A DNA stretch of 64,000 nucleotides. Source: an uncultured Spirochaetota bacterium (lineage in GTDB: Bacteria; Spirochaetota; Spirochaetia; SZUA-6; Fen-1364). How positions within the stretch are numbered: position 1 is the first letter of the stretch; every line of letters starts with the position of its first letter. The notes beneath the pieces are model-generated. The model saw only the letters and a program-made list of their open reading frames with translations, did not search any database and was not told the DNA's origin. The stretch is taken from NCBI GenBank assembly GCA_963845535.1, contig CAWJSK010000004.1:175916-239915 (forward strand). The letters are read 5' to 3'. The translations under genes and the position numbers were made by a program. Shown piece after piece: positions 9,192 through 20,773 of the stretch.

Positions 9192-9278
9192 CGGAGAGGG
9201 AGGGATTCGAACCCCCGGAACCGCAAGCGGCTCAACGGTTTTCAAGACCGCCTCCTTCGACCACTCGGACACCTCTCC
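9192..9278 (-). tRNA. tRNA-Ser(TGA)
   Basis: Anticodon arm GCGGT-CTTGAAA-ACCGT; long variable arm. Confidence 0.96.
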
Positions 9279-9351
9279 CAAGCGCACGGAAGCGGGCAGC
9301 ATGCGGACATCTTGAGTCCCGCCGCCACTTTCACGCTCTACCGGCAGTGCC

Positions 9352-9380
9352 ACTATACTCATGGCCCGGAGCTTTGTCAA
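9352..9380 (-). promoter_or_regulatory. sigma70 promoter of the tRNA/ffs cluster
   Basis: TTGACA-N17-TATAGT on the minus strand. Confidence 0.8.
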
Positions 9381-9413
9381 CAAAACCGGGATAGGCAGGG
9401 AGACAGGGAGGTC

Positions 9414-10286
9414 TCAGAGGATGATTTCAAGCAGCCGTTCCAGGTCGTCCGAGGAGTAATAGGCGATCTCGATTCGCCCTTTGCCGCTGCTGCCTTTCAG
9501 CTCGACCTTGGTCCCGAGCTTCTCGATAAGCTTCTGCTCGATCTCTCTCACCTCGGGGTCCTTGCGCGCCGCGGCAGCCTGGCTGGCCTTCCGTGGTTTT
9601 TGCCCCTGCCGCTTGCCGGCGGAAAACGCAGCGGCAAGCTCCTCCGCTTCCCGCACGGAAATTCCCTTGTCCATGATTCGGTTGAGGAGCAGCTGCTGGT
9701 CGGCCGGATTGACCAACGAGAGAACTGCCCGCGCGTGGCCGGGGCTGAGGGCCCCCTTCTCCACCGCTGCTTGAGCCTCCGCCGGAAGCTTGAGGAGGCG
9801 CAGCGTGTTGGCGACAGTCGACCTGTCCTTGCCGACCCTGCTCGCCATCTGCTCCTGGTTGAGGCCTGCGAGCTCCATCAGCTTCTTGTACGCAAGCGCT
9901 TCTTCAATAGGGTTGAGGTCCTCCCGCTGGATGTTTTCGATGAGCGCGATCTCGAGCTTTTCATCCGGGCTGAACTGCCGGATGAGGACCGGCACCTTTT
10001 CCAGACCCGCCAGCCGGGCTGCCCGGACCCGGCGTTCCCCAGCCACGATGACGTACGTGCCATCCTGCGAGGGCTCTGCCAGCACGGGTTGCAGCACGCC
10101 TTTCTGGCGGATGGAGTCCGCGAGCTCCCGCAGCGCTGCCTCATCGAACTCGCGTCGCGGTTGCTGCGGATTGGGCTTCAGAGCAGACACGGAAACCTCG
10201 GTGACGGAGGCCAGCGAGGCTTGGTCCATCTCCGCCTCTTCGCCAAGCAGGGCGCCTATGCCCTTGCCCAGCACCTTCTTAGACAT
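9414..10286 (-). CDS. parB: chromosome partitioning protein ParB (Spo0J)
   Basis: LGKGIGALL, PNPQQPRREF, IVAGERRVRAA, ENIQREDLNPIEEA, HTH GKDRSTVANTLRLL. Confidence 0.97.
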   Translation of the reverse strand: MSKKVLGKGIGALLGEEAEMDQASLASVTEVSVSALKPNPQQPRREFDEAALRELADSIRQKGVLQPVLAEPSQDGTYVIVAGERRVRAARLAGLEKVPVLIRQFSPDEKLEIALIENIQREDLNPIEEALAYKKLMELAGLNQEQMASRVGKDRSTVANTLRLLKLPAEAQAAVEKGALSPGHARAVLSLVNPADQQLLLNRIMDKGISVREAEELAAAFSAGKRQGQKPRKASQAAAARKDPEVREIEQKLIEKLGTKVELKGSSGKGRIEIAYYSSDDLERLLEIIL

Positions 10287-11034
10287 TCAGAAGGACCTCC
10301 TCCGCGAGCTTCTGGTAGCTGCGAGCGCCTATGCATTCGGGGTCATACTGGCTGATGGGCTTGGCGAACGATGGGGCCTCACTGAGGCGGACGTTTCGGG
10401 GGATGATGGTCCGAAATACCTTGTCTTTGAAGTAGCCCGTGACTTCCTGGACTATCTCATGGGCGAGCTTCGTCCTCACGTCATACATCGTGAAGAGAAT
10501 GCCCCCGATCTTCAGCTCGGGGTTCAAGTTCTTCTGGACCCTGTTGACGGTCTGCAGGAGCAGGCTCAGCCCCTCGAGGGCGAAGTATTCGCACTGCAGC
10601 GGGATGATCACGAAGTCCGCGGCAACGAGCCCGTTGAGCGTGAGAATCCCCAGCGAGGGCGGGCAGTCGATGAAGATATAGTCGAACCTCGGAGAAAGGG
10701 TCTGCAAGGACCGCTTGAGGAAATACTCCCTCTCCTTCTCATCGATGAGCTCCACGGTGGCCCCGGTAAGGTTGATGCTGGAGGGGATGATGGAAAGGTT
10801 TGGCACAGAGCAGGCCTGGATGGCGGAGGAAGCTTCCACGCTTCCCGTGATGACCTCATAGATTCCGGGAAGATCCTTCTTTGCGCCGACGCTGCTCGAC
10901 GTATTGCTCTGCGGGTCGAAATCGACAAGGAGAACCTTCTTGCCCGCTTCAGCAAGGTACGCTCCAAGGTTGACGGCAGTCGTGGTCTTTCCCACTCCCC
11001 CTTTCTGGTTTGCAAAGACAATGATTTTGGCCAT
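10279..11034 (-). CDS. parA: chromosome partitioning ATPase ParA (Soj)
   Basis: ANQKGGVGKTTT, DCPPSLG, PLQCEYFALEG, IPRNVRLSEAPS; start set at ATG 11034. Confidence 0.96.
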   Translation of the reverse strand: MAKIIVFANQKGGVGKTTTAVNLGAYLAEAGKKVLLVDFDPQSNTSSSVGAKKDLPGIYEVITGSVEASSAIQACSVPNLSIIPSSINLTGATVELIDEKEREYFLKRSLQTLSPRFDYIFIDCPPSLGILTLNGLVAADFVIIPLQCEYFALEGLSLLLQTVNRVQKNLNPELKIGGILFTMYDVRTKLAHEIVQEVTGYFKDKVFRTIIPRNVRLSEAPSFAKPISQYDPECIGARSYQKLAEEVLLNV

Positions 11035-11216
11035 CTGCTCAGGAATACCCCTTTTCGTCCCTGCTGACAATATAACGCAGCCTGTTTTTCCTATACGGAC
11101 GTTACCATATTTTGCCATCCATCGAAAAAAAACCGTCAGGGCTTGCGTAGCCCGTTCTCATGCGTTATACCAGTGGCCGGTCATCGACCGCACCGACATC
11201 CTTGGGAGGGGAAATC

Positions 11217-13340
11217 GTGTTTGTCTCAATCAAAAAGCGCAATGGCACAATAGTCCCTTTCAAGCCAGAGAAAATCACGGCGGCAATCAATCGGGCTGGA
11301 GAGGCCACCGGTGAGTTCGCAGAGGAGGCCGCGCAGAGGCTGACGCTGCGGATCCTCAATCTGGCGCAGCAGGCTCTCCCCGGAGAGATTCCCTCCGTGG
11401 AGCAGATCCAGGACATCGTGGAGGAAGTGCTGCTTTCCTCGCAGTACAAGCGCACGGCCAAGGCGTACATCATCTACCGCGAGCAGCACGCGCGCATCAG
11501 GGAGATCGTCTCCCGCGCGGACGTGGACCTCATGGACCGCTATATCGAGCGGGAGGACTGGCAGGTCAACGAGAACTCCAACATGGCCTACTCGCTGCAG
11601 GGACTGAACAACTATGTTTCCTCGGAAGTCAGCAAAATCTACTGGCTGAACAAGATCTACCCTCCCGCCATCCGGCTCGCGCACACCGACGGGGATTTCC
11701 ACGTCCACGATTTGGGAATTCTCTCGGTCTATTGCGTCGGGTGGGACCTGGAAGACCTGCTCGTCCAAGGGTTTCTTGGCGCCCCGGGAAAAGTGGAGAG
11801 CCGCCCGGCCCGGCATCTGCGAAGCGCTTTGGGCCAGATCGTGAACTTCTTCTATACGCTCCAGGGGGAAGCGGCCGGAGCACAGGCGTTCTCGCACTTC
11901 GACACTCTCCTCGCGCCTTTCATCCGGTTTGACTCGCTACGCTATGAAGACGTGAAGCAGGCGCTGCAAGAGTTCGTCTTCAACATCAACGTGCCCACCC
12001 GCGTCGGCTTCCAGACGCCGTTCACCAACATCACCATGGACCTCAGGGTGCCCGCGCTGCTGCGGGACAAGCCGGTGATCTTCGGGGGAAGCTACCGGGA
12101 AGAGACCTACGGTGAGTTCCAGCCGGAAATGGAGATCCTCAACCAGGCGTTCCTCGAGGTCCTGTCGGAAGGGGATGCCAAAGGTCGCGTGTTCACGTTC
12201 CCCATTCCGACCTACAACATCACGCGGGACTTCCCCTGGGACGACCCGGCGTTGGAAGTGCTGTGGCGCGTGACGGCGCGCTACGGGATCCCCTACTTCT
12301 CCAACTTCGTGAACTCCGACATGTCTCCCGATGACACGCGGTCCATGTGCTGCCGCCTGCGCCTGGACCTGCGGGGCCTGGAGAAGCGTGGAGGAGGGCT
12401 CTTCGGCGCCAACCCGTTGACCGGCTCCATCGGCGTTGTGACCATCAACATGCCCCGGCTCGGATACCTGGCGGCGGACGAAGCTGAGTTCCTCGACCGC
12501 CTCGCTGACCTGATGGACCTGGCGCGCGAGTCTCTGGAGATTAAGAGGAAAGTGCTGGAGAGGTTCACCGAGAACAATCTCTACCCCTACACGAAGCACT
12601 ACCTGCATGGCATCCGTGAGCGATTCGGCCAGTATTGGAAGAACCATTTCTCCACAATCGGCCTCGTCGGCCTGAACGAAGCCTGCGCGAACCTGATGGG
12701 AACCAACATCGGGACGGAGAAAGGCCAGCTGTTCGCGCTGCGGGTCCTCGACTTCATGCGCGACAGGCTGCTCACCTACCAGGAGCTGACCGGGAACAAC
12801 TACAACCTCGAGGCGACCCCGGCCGAAGGAACTTCGTACCGGCTGGCCCGTATCGACGCGGAGAAGTACCCCGGCATCCTCTCGGGCAACGGGCATCGCG
12901 CGGATGAAGGTGAGCGCACGGACGGGGGGGAAGAGACGGGCAGGCGACTCCCCTTTTACACGAACTCCTCCCAGCTTCCCGTACAGTACTCAGACGACAT
13001 CTTCGAGGTCCTCGATCTGCAGGACGACCTTCAGACCAAGTACACCGGGGGAACCGTCGTCCACCTCTTCGTTGGTGAGGAGATAACGAATCCTGACAAC
13101 GTCAGGAAGCTCGTGAAGCTCATCTGCGAAAGGTACCATCTCCCCTACTTCACCGTGACTCCAACCTTCAGCATCTGCCCCGTCCACGGCTACCTCTCGG
13201 GCCGGCAGGAGCGCTGCCCGCACTGCGGCGCATCGGCGGAGGTCTATTCCCGCGTGGTGGGATATCTTCGACCCGTCAACCAATGGAACGAGGGCAAGGC
13301 CGAGGAGTTTCGGGAGCGCAAGACCTTCAAGCTGGGATAG
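11217..13340 (+). CDS. nrdD: anaerobic (class III) ribonucleoside-triphosphate reductase with N-terminal ATP cone
   Basis: IKKRNG ATP cone, SMCCRLRLD, EATPAEG, CPVHG..CPHCG, glycyl-radical motif YSRVVGYLRP; GGAGG SD before GTG 11217. Confidence 0.95.
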   Translation: MFVSIKKRNGTIVPFKPEKITAAINRAGEATGEFAEEAAQRLTLRILNLAQQALPGEIPSVEQIQDIVEEVLLSSQYKRTAKAYIIYREQHARIREIVSRADVDLMDRYIEREDWQVNENSNMAYSLQGLNNYVSSEVSKIYWLNKIYPPAIRLAHTDGDFHVHDLGILSVYCVGWDLEDLLVQGFLGAPGKVESRPARHLRSALGQIVNFFYTLQGEAAGAQAFSHFDTLLAPFIRFDSLRYEDVKQALQEFVFNINVPTRVGFQTPFTNITMDLRVPALLRDKPVIFGGSYREETYGEFQPEMEILNQAFLEVLSEGDAKGRVFTFPIPTYNITRDFPWDDPALEVLWRVTARYGIPYFSNFVNSDMSPDDTRSMCCRLRLDLRGLEKRGGGLFGANPLTGSIGVVTINMPRLGYLAADEAEFLDRLADLMDLARESLEIKRKVLERFTENNLYPYTKHYLHGIRERFGQYWKNHFSTIGLVGLNEACANLMGTNIGTEKGQLFALRVLDFMRDRLLTYQELTGNNYNLEATPAEGTSYRLARIDAEKYPGILSGNGHRADEGERTDGGEETGRRLPFYTNSSQLPVQYSDDIFEVLDLQDDLQTKYTGGTVVHLFVGEEITNPDNVRKLVKLICERYHLPYFTVTPTFSICPVHGYLSGRQERCPHCGASAEVYSRVVGYLRPVNQWNEGKAEEFRERKTFKLG

Positions 13341-13447
13341 CGGAAGACTTCAACGCCGGCCAAACAGGGGCGGCGCAGGCCACGCCGTGGCGAGCCAACG
13401 GCAGCTCGGTGCATGCGGCCTCACGTGACGCGCTTCGAGGGAGCCCC

Positions 13448-14137
13448 ATGACCATTGGCGGACTACTGAAAATCACCCTGACGGATTTCCCCGGCCGCCT
13501 CGCCGCGGTTCTCTTCACCCGCGGGTGCAACTTCCGATGCCCATACTGCCACAACCCCGAGCTGGTCGACCCGCTTCGCTATGTCGAGCCAGTTCCTGAC
13601 GGGGAGGTTTTCGCTTTCCTTGAGAGCAGGGTCGGGCGGCTGGATGGCGTCGTAGTAACCGGCGGCGAGCCAACCCTGCATCCCGACCTGCCCGACTTCC
13701 TTCAAAGGATCAGGCGGCTCGGGTTTTTCATGAAGCTTGATACCAACGGCAGCAACCCGGATATGATCGAAGAGCTCATCGAAACGAAGATGCTCGACTA
13801 CATCGCCATCGACGTCAAATCTGCCCCTGATTCCTATGCGCGCGTGTCGGGAGCTCACGCTGACATAGACGCTGTCCGCAGATGCATCGAGCTGGCCATA
13901 TCGTCGGGCCTACCGCATGAGCTGCGCATGACCTTTGTCGAGCCGCTGATTTCCTTGGACGACATGGCAGGCGTCGCCGTGCTTGCCCGTGGCTGCAAGC
14001 GTTTCCTCGTACAACCTTTTCAACCCTCAAAGGCGCTTGATCCTGGTTTTCTGCGTCTTCAAAGGCCTTCCGTAGAGAAGCTTGAGCAGGCACGCCTGAT
14101 GCTCCAATCGCTGGGCCTGCCCGCGGCTCTCAGGTAG
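13448..14137 (+). CDS. nrdG: anaerobic ribonucleotide reductase activating enzyme (radical SAM)
   Basis: GCNFRCPYCHNP, TGGEPT, KLDTNGS; follows nrdD. Confidence 0.93.
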   Translation: MTIGGLLKITLTDFPGRLAAVLFTRGCNFRCPYCHNPELVDPLRYVEPVPDGEVFAFLESRVGRLDGVVVTGGEPTLHPDLPDFLQRIRRLGFFMKLDTNGSNPDMIEELIETKMLDYIAIDVKSAPDSYARVSGAHADIDAVRRCIELAISSGLPHELRMTFVEPLISLDDMAGVAVLARGCKRFLVQPFQPSKALDPGFLRLQRPSVEKLEQARLMLQSLGLPAALR

Positions 14138-14259
14138 CCTTATATCCGCTGACAGCGTACGCCGCACCAGCTACACGGTTCGCTCTGGCTCCGATAGCTG
14201 CGCCAGCTACGTCGTTCCCTCAAGCCGCAAGAGCCACGAGAGCTGCGCAGGCGGGCGAG

Positions 14260-15798
14260 CTACCCCAGGACGACCTGCTCGGCAGTCACTATGACGTTAT
14301 GCAGCTCCGCTGGGGTGGTCGCGGTCTCCAGCCTGTCCTCCAGGTAATCGCTTTCGAAAATGCCGGCGATGTGAGACAGCAGGATCTGGTGGATGCGGGG
14401 GGTATCGGCGGGAGTCAACAGCAGGAACAACAGGTTGATGTCTTCGCCGGGCACAGGCGCGGGAATGGGAGCCTTGAGCCTGGCTACGATCACCATGGGG
14501 TCGGCCAGCCGCTTCAGACGCGCGTGAGGGATTGCCAGCCGTCTTCCGACGTAGCTGCTCCCCAGCCTTTCCCTTTCAGCCACCGAAAGCATGATGGCCT
14601 CTTTCGAGACAGGAAGCTCCGCCACCTTGATGCGCTCGAGCGCGTTTCGAGAGGCTGAGACGATGCTGCTTCCTTCAACGTCGAGGAGGGTTCGCGCCGG
14701 AGTGAGGAGGTCAGCGAGTCGGATGGGAGGCTCGATCGGGTATTCTTCCTCAATCGTGCCGATGACTTCCTCCACGGCATCCTCGAGAGTAATGATGCCG
14801 CTCCACGCGGCGTCGGCGGCGAACACGAGGGCCATGTGGCAGGCCTTGCGCTGCATTTCGGAAAGGCGCTGCTCCAGCGAGTCTTCCTCCTTGAAAAACA
14901 GGCAAGGCCGAACAAAGCTCTTGAGGTCGTCAATTGCCCGGCCGGAACGCTCAGCCAGAAACAAGTCCTTGATATGGATATACCCAAGCGGCCTTTCGGG
15001 ATTCTCTCCGACCAGCGGATACCGGGAGTAACGATTCTCGGCAATGATCCTGTCAACCTCGTCGCGGCTCTGGCTCAGGCTGAGGCTTCTCACGAGCCTC
15101 CTGGCGCGCATGGCGTTTCGAACGGTGAGCGTTCCCATGTCGAGGACGTTTTCCAGATGCAGCAGCCTTCGGAACGACAACGTTCCGCTCGTCTGGGACT
15201 GGTCGAGGATGATTCGGATCTCATCCTCGCTGTGGGTTCCCTGGCCGGTGGAGGGTGGAAGCCTGAACAGGCGAAGCACACCGTTGACCGTTGAGTTGAG
15301 CGCCCAGATAGGGACAATGAATACGTACCGAAAAACAAGCATGGGGTAAGCGGTGAAGAGCGCCGCACCCTCGGTCTTCCTGATAGCCACGGATTTCGGG
15401 ACGAGCTCGCCGATCACGATATGGAGAAAAGACACTATGAAGTATGCGATTGCAATGGCCAGCGTATGCGCGCTTATTCGGGCGCCAAAGGGAGAGATCC
15501 CAGCCAGGCGAAACAGCGGTTCGAGCAGGCTGGCAAACCCGGGCTCACCGACGAACCCCAGACCAATACTGGCAAGCGTGATCCCAACCTGGCACACGGA
15601 CAGGTACTCATCCAGGTGAGACTGGATCCGCTCGACGAGCTTCGCGCGCCTGTTGCCTTTTTCCGCAAGCGCCTCCATCTGCGTGGGTCGCGCCTTGACT
15701 ACGGCAAACTCCGCAAAGACGAAAAAAGCATTCAAAAAGAGGAGCAAGATTACCAGGATGAGATACACAAAGACGAGCATAAGGAACCTTGGGGGCAT
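14260..15798 (-). CDS. CNNM/DUF21 + CBS-pair membrane protein (CorB/TlyC family) with C-terminal PTS EIIA domain
   Basis: LNAFFVFAEFA, QVGITLASIGLG, GELVPKS, YSRYP, GIITLEDAVEEVIG; tail ERERLGSS..LAIPHAR..LLFLLL..HQILLSHIA. Confidence 0.88.
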   Translation of the reverse strand: MPPRFLMLVFVYLILVILLLFLNAFFVFAEFAVVKARPTQMEALAEKGNRRAKLVERIQSHLDEYLSVCQVGITLASIGLGFVGEPGFASLLEPLFRLAGISPFGARISAHTLAIAIAYFIVSFLHIVIGELVPKSVAIRKTEGAALFTAYPMLVFRYVFIVPIWALNSTVNGVLRLFRLPPSTGQGTHSEDEIRIILDQSQTSGTLSFRRLLHLENVLDMGTLTVRNAMRARRLVRSLSLSQSRDEVDRIIAENRYSRYPLVGENPERPLGYIHIKDLFLAERSGRAIDDLKSFVRPCLFFKEEDSLEQRLSEMQRKACHMALVFAADAAWSGIITLEDAVEEVIGTIEEEYPIEPPIRLADLLTPARTLLDVEGSSIVSASRNALERIKVAELPVSKEAIMLSVAERERLGSSYVGRRLAIPHARLKRLADPMVIVARLKAPIPAPVPGEDINLLFLLLTPADTPRIHQILLSHIAGIFESDYLEDRLETATTPAELHNVIVTAEQVVLG

Positions 15799-15879
15799 TC
15801 TCCGCCAGTAGTCAATTGGCTATTGGCAACCTTTTCGAAGGGCGGGCAATACGGTGTTCACCGAAGGAGTCCCATTCAA

Positions 15880-15895
15880 CGTTTCACGTGGAACA
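15880..15895. promoter_or_regulatory. parS: parS site 1
   Basis: CGTTTCACGTGGAACA versus consensus TGTTTCACGTGAAACA. Confidence 0.88.
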
Positions 15896-15907
15896 CTGTA
15901 CGGCAAA

Positions 15908-15923
15908 CGTTTCACGTGAAACG
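15908..15923. promoter_or_regulatory. parS: parS site 2
   Basis: Perfect palindrome CGTTTCACGTGAAACG (extends to 20 bp, 15906-15925). Confidence 0.9.
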
Positions 15924-15983
15924 TTGAGCCATCAAGCGGCGCTCATGGACCCCGGCGCGCCGCTGCTCTGGTGAGGAAGCGCC

Positions 15984-18443
15984 TCAACTTTCAGCCGGAG
16001 CGTCCCCACCGTCCTCTTCTTCTTTGACCACCCGCGCCACGCCGACCACCACGTCAGGTCTCGTGATATTGACGATCCGAACTCCCATTGCCGTCTTCCC
16101 GAGCGTTGCGACTTCCGAGAGTTTGAGCTTGAGAGTGTTGCCCTGGGAGGTGATGCACACAAGGTCGTCCTTGTCGCTCACGGAGAGGACCCCTACCACC
16201 TCTCCAGTCTTCTCAGTGGCTTTGTAGCAGATCTGTCCCCGCGTTCCACGACCGTGGGGAGAGAAGTTGTCATATGCCGTGCGTTTGCCAAAGCCGAACT
16301 CGCTCAGCAGGAGCATCTGCTCTCCCTGGGTTACCATGGCGACGCCGGCAAGCTCGTCCTTCTGTGAAAGCCTGATCCCCTGGACGCCGTGGGACGCCCT
16401 GCCCATTGCCCGTACGGCCTCTTCGTTGAACCTGAGAGCCATGCCCTTTCGCGTCACAAGAACAACCTCATCAGCGCCCGAGGTAAGAAGCGCAGTAACC
16501 AGGCCATCTCCCTGATCCAGCTTGATGGCCACGATGCCTCTGGTCTTTGCGTTGGCGAACTCCGAGATCTTCACCTTCTTCACAACGCCTTGCCGAGTGG
16601 CCATGAGAACGAACTTCTCGTCACTGAAGTTCCCGAGGTTGACCACCGCAGTGATCTCTTCCTCGCTGCCCAAGGAAAGAAGCACTTTTATGCTCTGCCC
16701 TTTGGCCTGCCTGCTGCTCTCAGGGATCTCATGCACCTTGACCCAGTAAGCCTTGCCCTGGTTGGTGATGAAAAGGACGTAAACATGAGTGGATGCGATG
16801 AAGAACTGCTCGATAAAATCATCCTCCTTCAACAGGGCCGAGGAGGAACCTTTCCCGCCCCTTCCCTGCCTCCGGTATGCAGTCACCGGTATACGTTTTA
16901 TATACCCGCGATTCGAGATGAGGATTGCCATGTCCTCTTCTGTAATCAGGTCCTCGACGTTGATCTCCTCCGCTTCCTCCTCAATGATCTCTGTGCGCCG
17001 ATCATCCCCGAAACTCCTGGATATGCCTTCCGTCTCTTCCTTCACAACGCCGTAGATTTTCTCCTCACTTGCAAGGAGGGCCTTGAGGGTTTCGATAAGG
17101 GCAAGGACCTCGGTGAGCTCGTCGATGACCTTTTGCACTTCAAGGCTGGTGAGACGTTGCAGACGCATATCGAGGATGGCTTGCGACTGGCGCTCGCTCA
17201 GGGAAAACCGTTCCATCAGGCTGGTGCGGGCGGTGGCCGTGTCCGGGGACTTCTTGATGATCGCAATCACTTCATCAATGTTTTCCAGGGCGATCTTCAA
17301 TCCCTGGAGGATGTGAGCGCGTTCTTCGGCTTTGGTCAGGTCAAACTGCGTCCTCCGGGTGACCACTTCTTTTCGATGCGCGATGAAGTGCTGGAGTATC
17401 TCCTTCAAGGTAAGGGTCTTGGGAAGCCCTTTTACCAGGGCGAGGTTGATCACCCCAAAAGCCGCCTGCATCTGAGTGTGCGCGAACAGCTGGTTCAGGA
17501 TCACCTTGGGCGATACGCCCTTTCGAAGGTCGATGACCACCCTCATCCCATGTCTGTCGGATTCATCGTTCAGGTCGACGATGCCGTCGATCTTTTTTTC
17601 CTTCACAAGGTCAGCTATCCGAATGATCAGATTGGCCTTGTTCACCTGGTAGGGGATCTCCGTGACGATGATGGAATCCTTGCCCGAGCTGGAGCTCTCC
17701 ACGGCGACCTTGGCCCGGACAACGATCTTGCCCCTGCCCGTTGTGTAGGCGTCCCTGATGCCCTTGCGGCCGAGGATGATCCCCCCCGTCGGGAAATCAG
17801 GGCCGCGCACGATCTTCATGAGGTCCTCGTGACTCGTCTCGGGGGCATCAATGAGCTTTACAATTGCAGCGCAGATCTCGCGAAGGTTGTGGGGGGGCAT
17901 GTTGGTGGCCATGCCCACGGCGATGCCGCTTGAGCCGTTGGCGGCGAGGAACGGGAACGCACCGGGAAGAACAAGCGGTTCCGTCTGGGAGCCATCATAG
18001 TTGGGACCGAAGTCGACGGTGTCCTTGTCGATATCTCGGAGCATCTCCTCCGCGACCGGATGCAGGCGGGCCTCGGTGTACCTGACGGCCGCAGGGGGAT
18101 CTCCATCGACTGAGCCGAAGTTGCCCTGCCCGTCCACCACCGGGTAACGCATGTTGAAGTCCTGGGACAGGCGCACAAGGGAGTCGTAGATGGCCATGTC
18201 GCCATGGGGATGATATTTCCCCAGGACATCACCTGTTATGCGGGCGCACTTCTTGTAGGGCCTGTCCGAGCGAAGCCCCATTTCATTCATTCCGAAGAGG
18301 ATCCTTCGGTGTACGGGCTTCAGGCCGTCACGCACGTCGGGAAGCGCGCGGGCGACGATGACGGACATCGCGTAGTTGAGATACGAGGTCCTGACCTCTT
18401 CCTCGATAGGAAGGGGGATGGTCCGGGATTTCACATCTGACAT
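15984..18443 (-). CDS. gyrA: DNA gyrase subunit A
   Basis: [29 protein letters not shown], GyrA box QGRGGKG. Confidence 0.98.
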   Translation of the reverse strand: MSDVKSRTIPLPIEEEVRTSYLNYAMSVIVARALPDVRDGLKPVHRRILFGMNEMGLRSDRPYKKCARITGDVLGKYHPHGDMAIYDSLVRLSQDFNMRYPVVDGQGNFGSVDGDPPAAVRYTEARLHPVAEEMLRDIDKDTVDFGPNYDGSQTEPLVLPGAFPFLAANGSSGIAVGMATNMPPHNLREICAAIVKLIDAPETSHEDLMKIVRGPDFPTGGIILGRKGIRDAYTTGRGKIVVRAKVAVESSSSGKDSIIVTEIPYQVNKANLIIRIADLVKEKKIDGIVDLNDESDRHGMRVVIDLRKGVSPKVILNQLFAHTQMQAAFGVINLALVKGLPKTLTLKEILQHFIAHRKEVVTRRTQFDLTKAEERAHILQGLKIALENIDEVIAIIKKSPDTATARTSLMERFSLSERQSQAILDMRLQRLTSLEVQKVIDELTEVLALIETLKALLASEEKIYGVVKEETEGISRSFGDDRRTEIIEEEAEEINVEDLITEEDMAILISNRGYIKRIPVTAYRRQGRGGKGSSSALLKEDDFIEQFFIASTHVYVLFITNQGKAYWVKVHEIPESSRQAKGQSIKVLLSLGSEEEITAVVNLGNFSDEKFVLMATRQGVVKKVKISEFANAKTRGIVAIKLDQGDGLVTALLTSGADEVVLVTRKGMALRFNEEAVRAMGRASHGVQGIRLSQKDELAGVAMVTQGEQMLLLSEFGFGKRTAYDNFSPHGRGTRGQICYKATEKTGEVVGVLSVSDKDDLVCITSQGNTLKLKLSEVATLGKTAMGVRIVNITRPDVVVGVARVVKEEEDGGDAPAES

Positions 18444-18455
18444 GGCTTGCTGCCC

Positions 18456-20414
<1,959 letters not shown>

Positions 20415-20507
20415 TCAACACGAGCGGGTGAGGAAAAGTCGGCTCGTGGCCGTCAAAAACTCTTGCCGGATTTCTGGGGATGGGATACACTGCGACCCGA
20501 AAGGCCG

Positions 20508-20747
20508 TGTGAATAATCTGTGGATAGTGTATGAAATATTTTACAGGCATTTGGGAATCCCCTTCTGACGTGCGCATGAGTACTAAAAGTCCTATATTTC
20601 AGAAAGAATCATTTGCATTTACTTATGCTCAATATAATTATGTTCCATCCTGTCCGGTACGCCATCCCGGACGCGCAATCCATGAGCGCTTTTCTCCATT
20701 CTCCCATGCTTCAACGGCCCCCCGGATTGTGCACAACCTGTGCATAA
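20508..20747. promoter_or_regulatory. DnaA boxes and AT-rich tract upstream of dnaA
   Basis: TGTGAATAA 20508, TGTGGATAG 20519, TTGTGCACA 20727, TGTGCATAA 20739; AT-rich stretch at about 20520-20645. Confidence 0.7.
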
Positions 20748-20773
20748 ATTGGCAATAAGAAGGGGACAATCTT

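Noticed and set aside
8277..9383. ORFs overlapping the tRNA cluster (e.g. 8329-9057, 8277-8807)
   Set aside because: They overlap clear tRNA and SRP genes and have no protein motifs
11060..11210. NrdR boxes upstream of nrdD
   Set aside because: Only partial core matches (CAATATAACG, CCATATTTTG) with atypical spacing; cannot be supported by eye
12880..12960. Intein or intron in nrdD, gyrA, gyrB or dnaX
   Set aside because: Protein lengths are normal; only a short Gly/Glu-rich loop in NrdD and no splicing motifs
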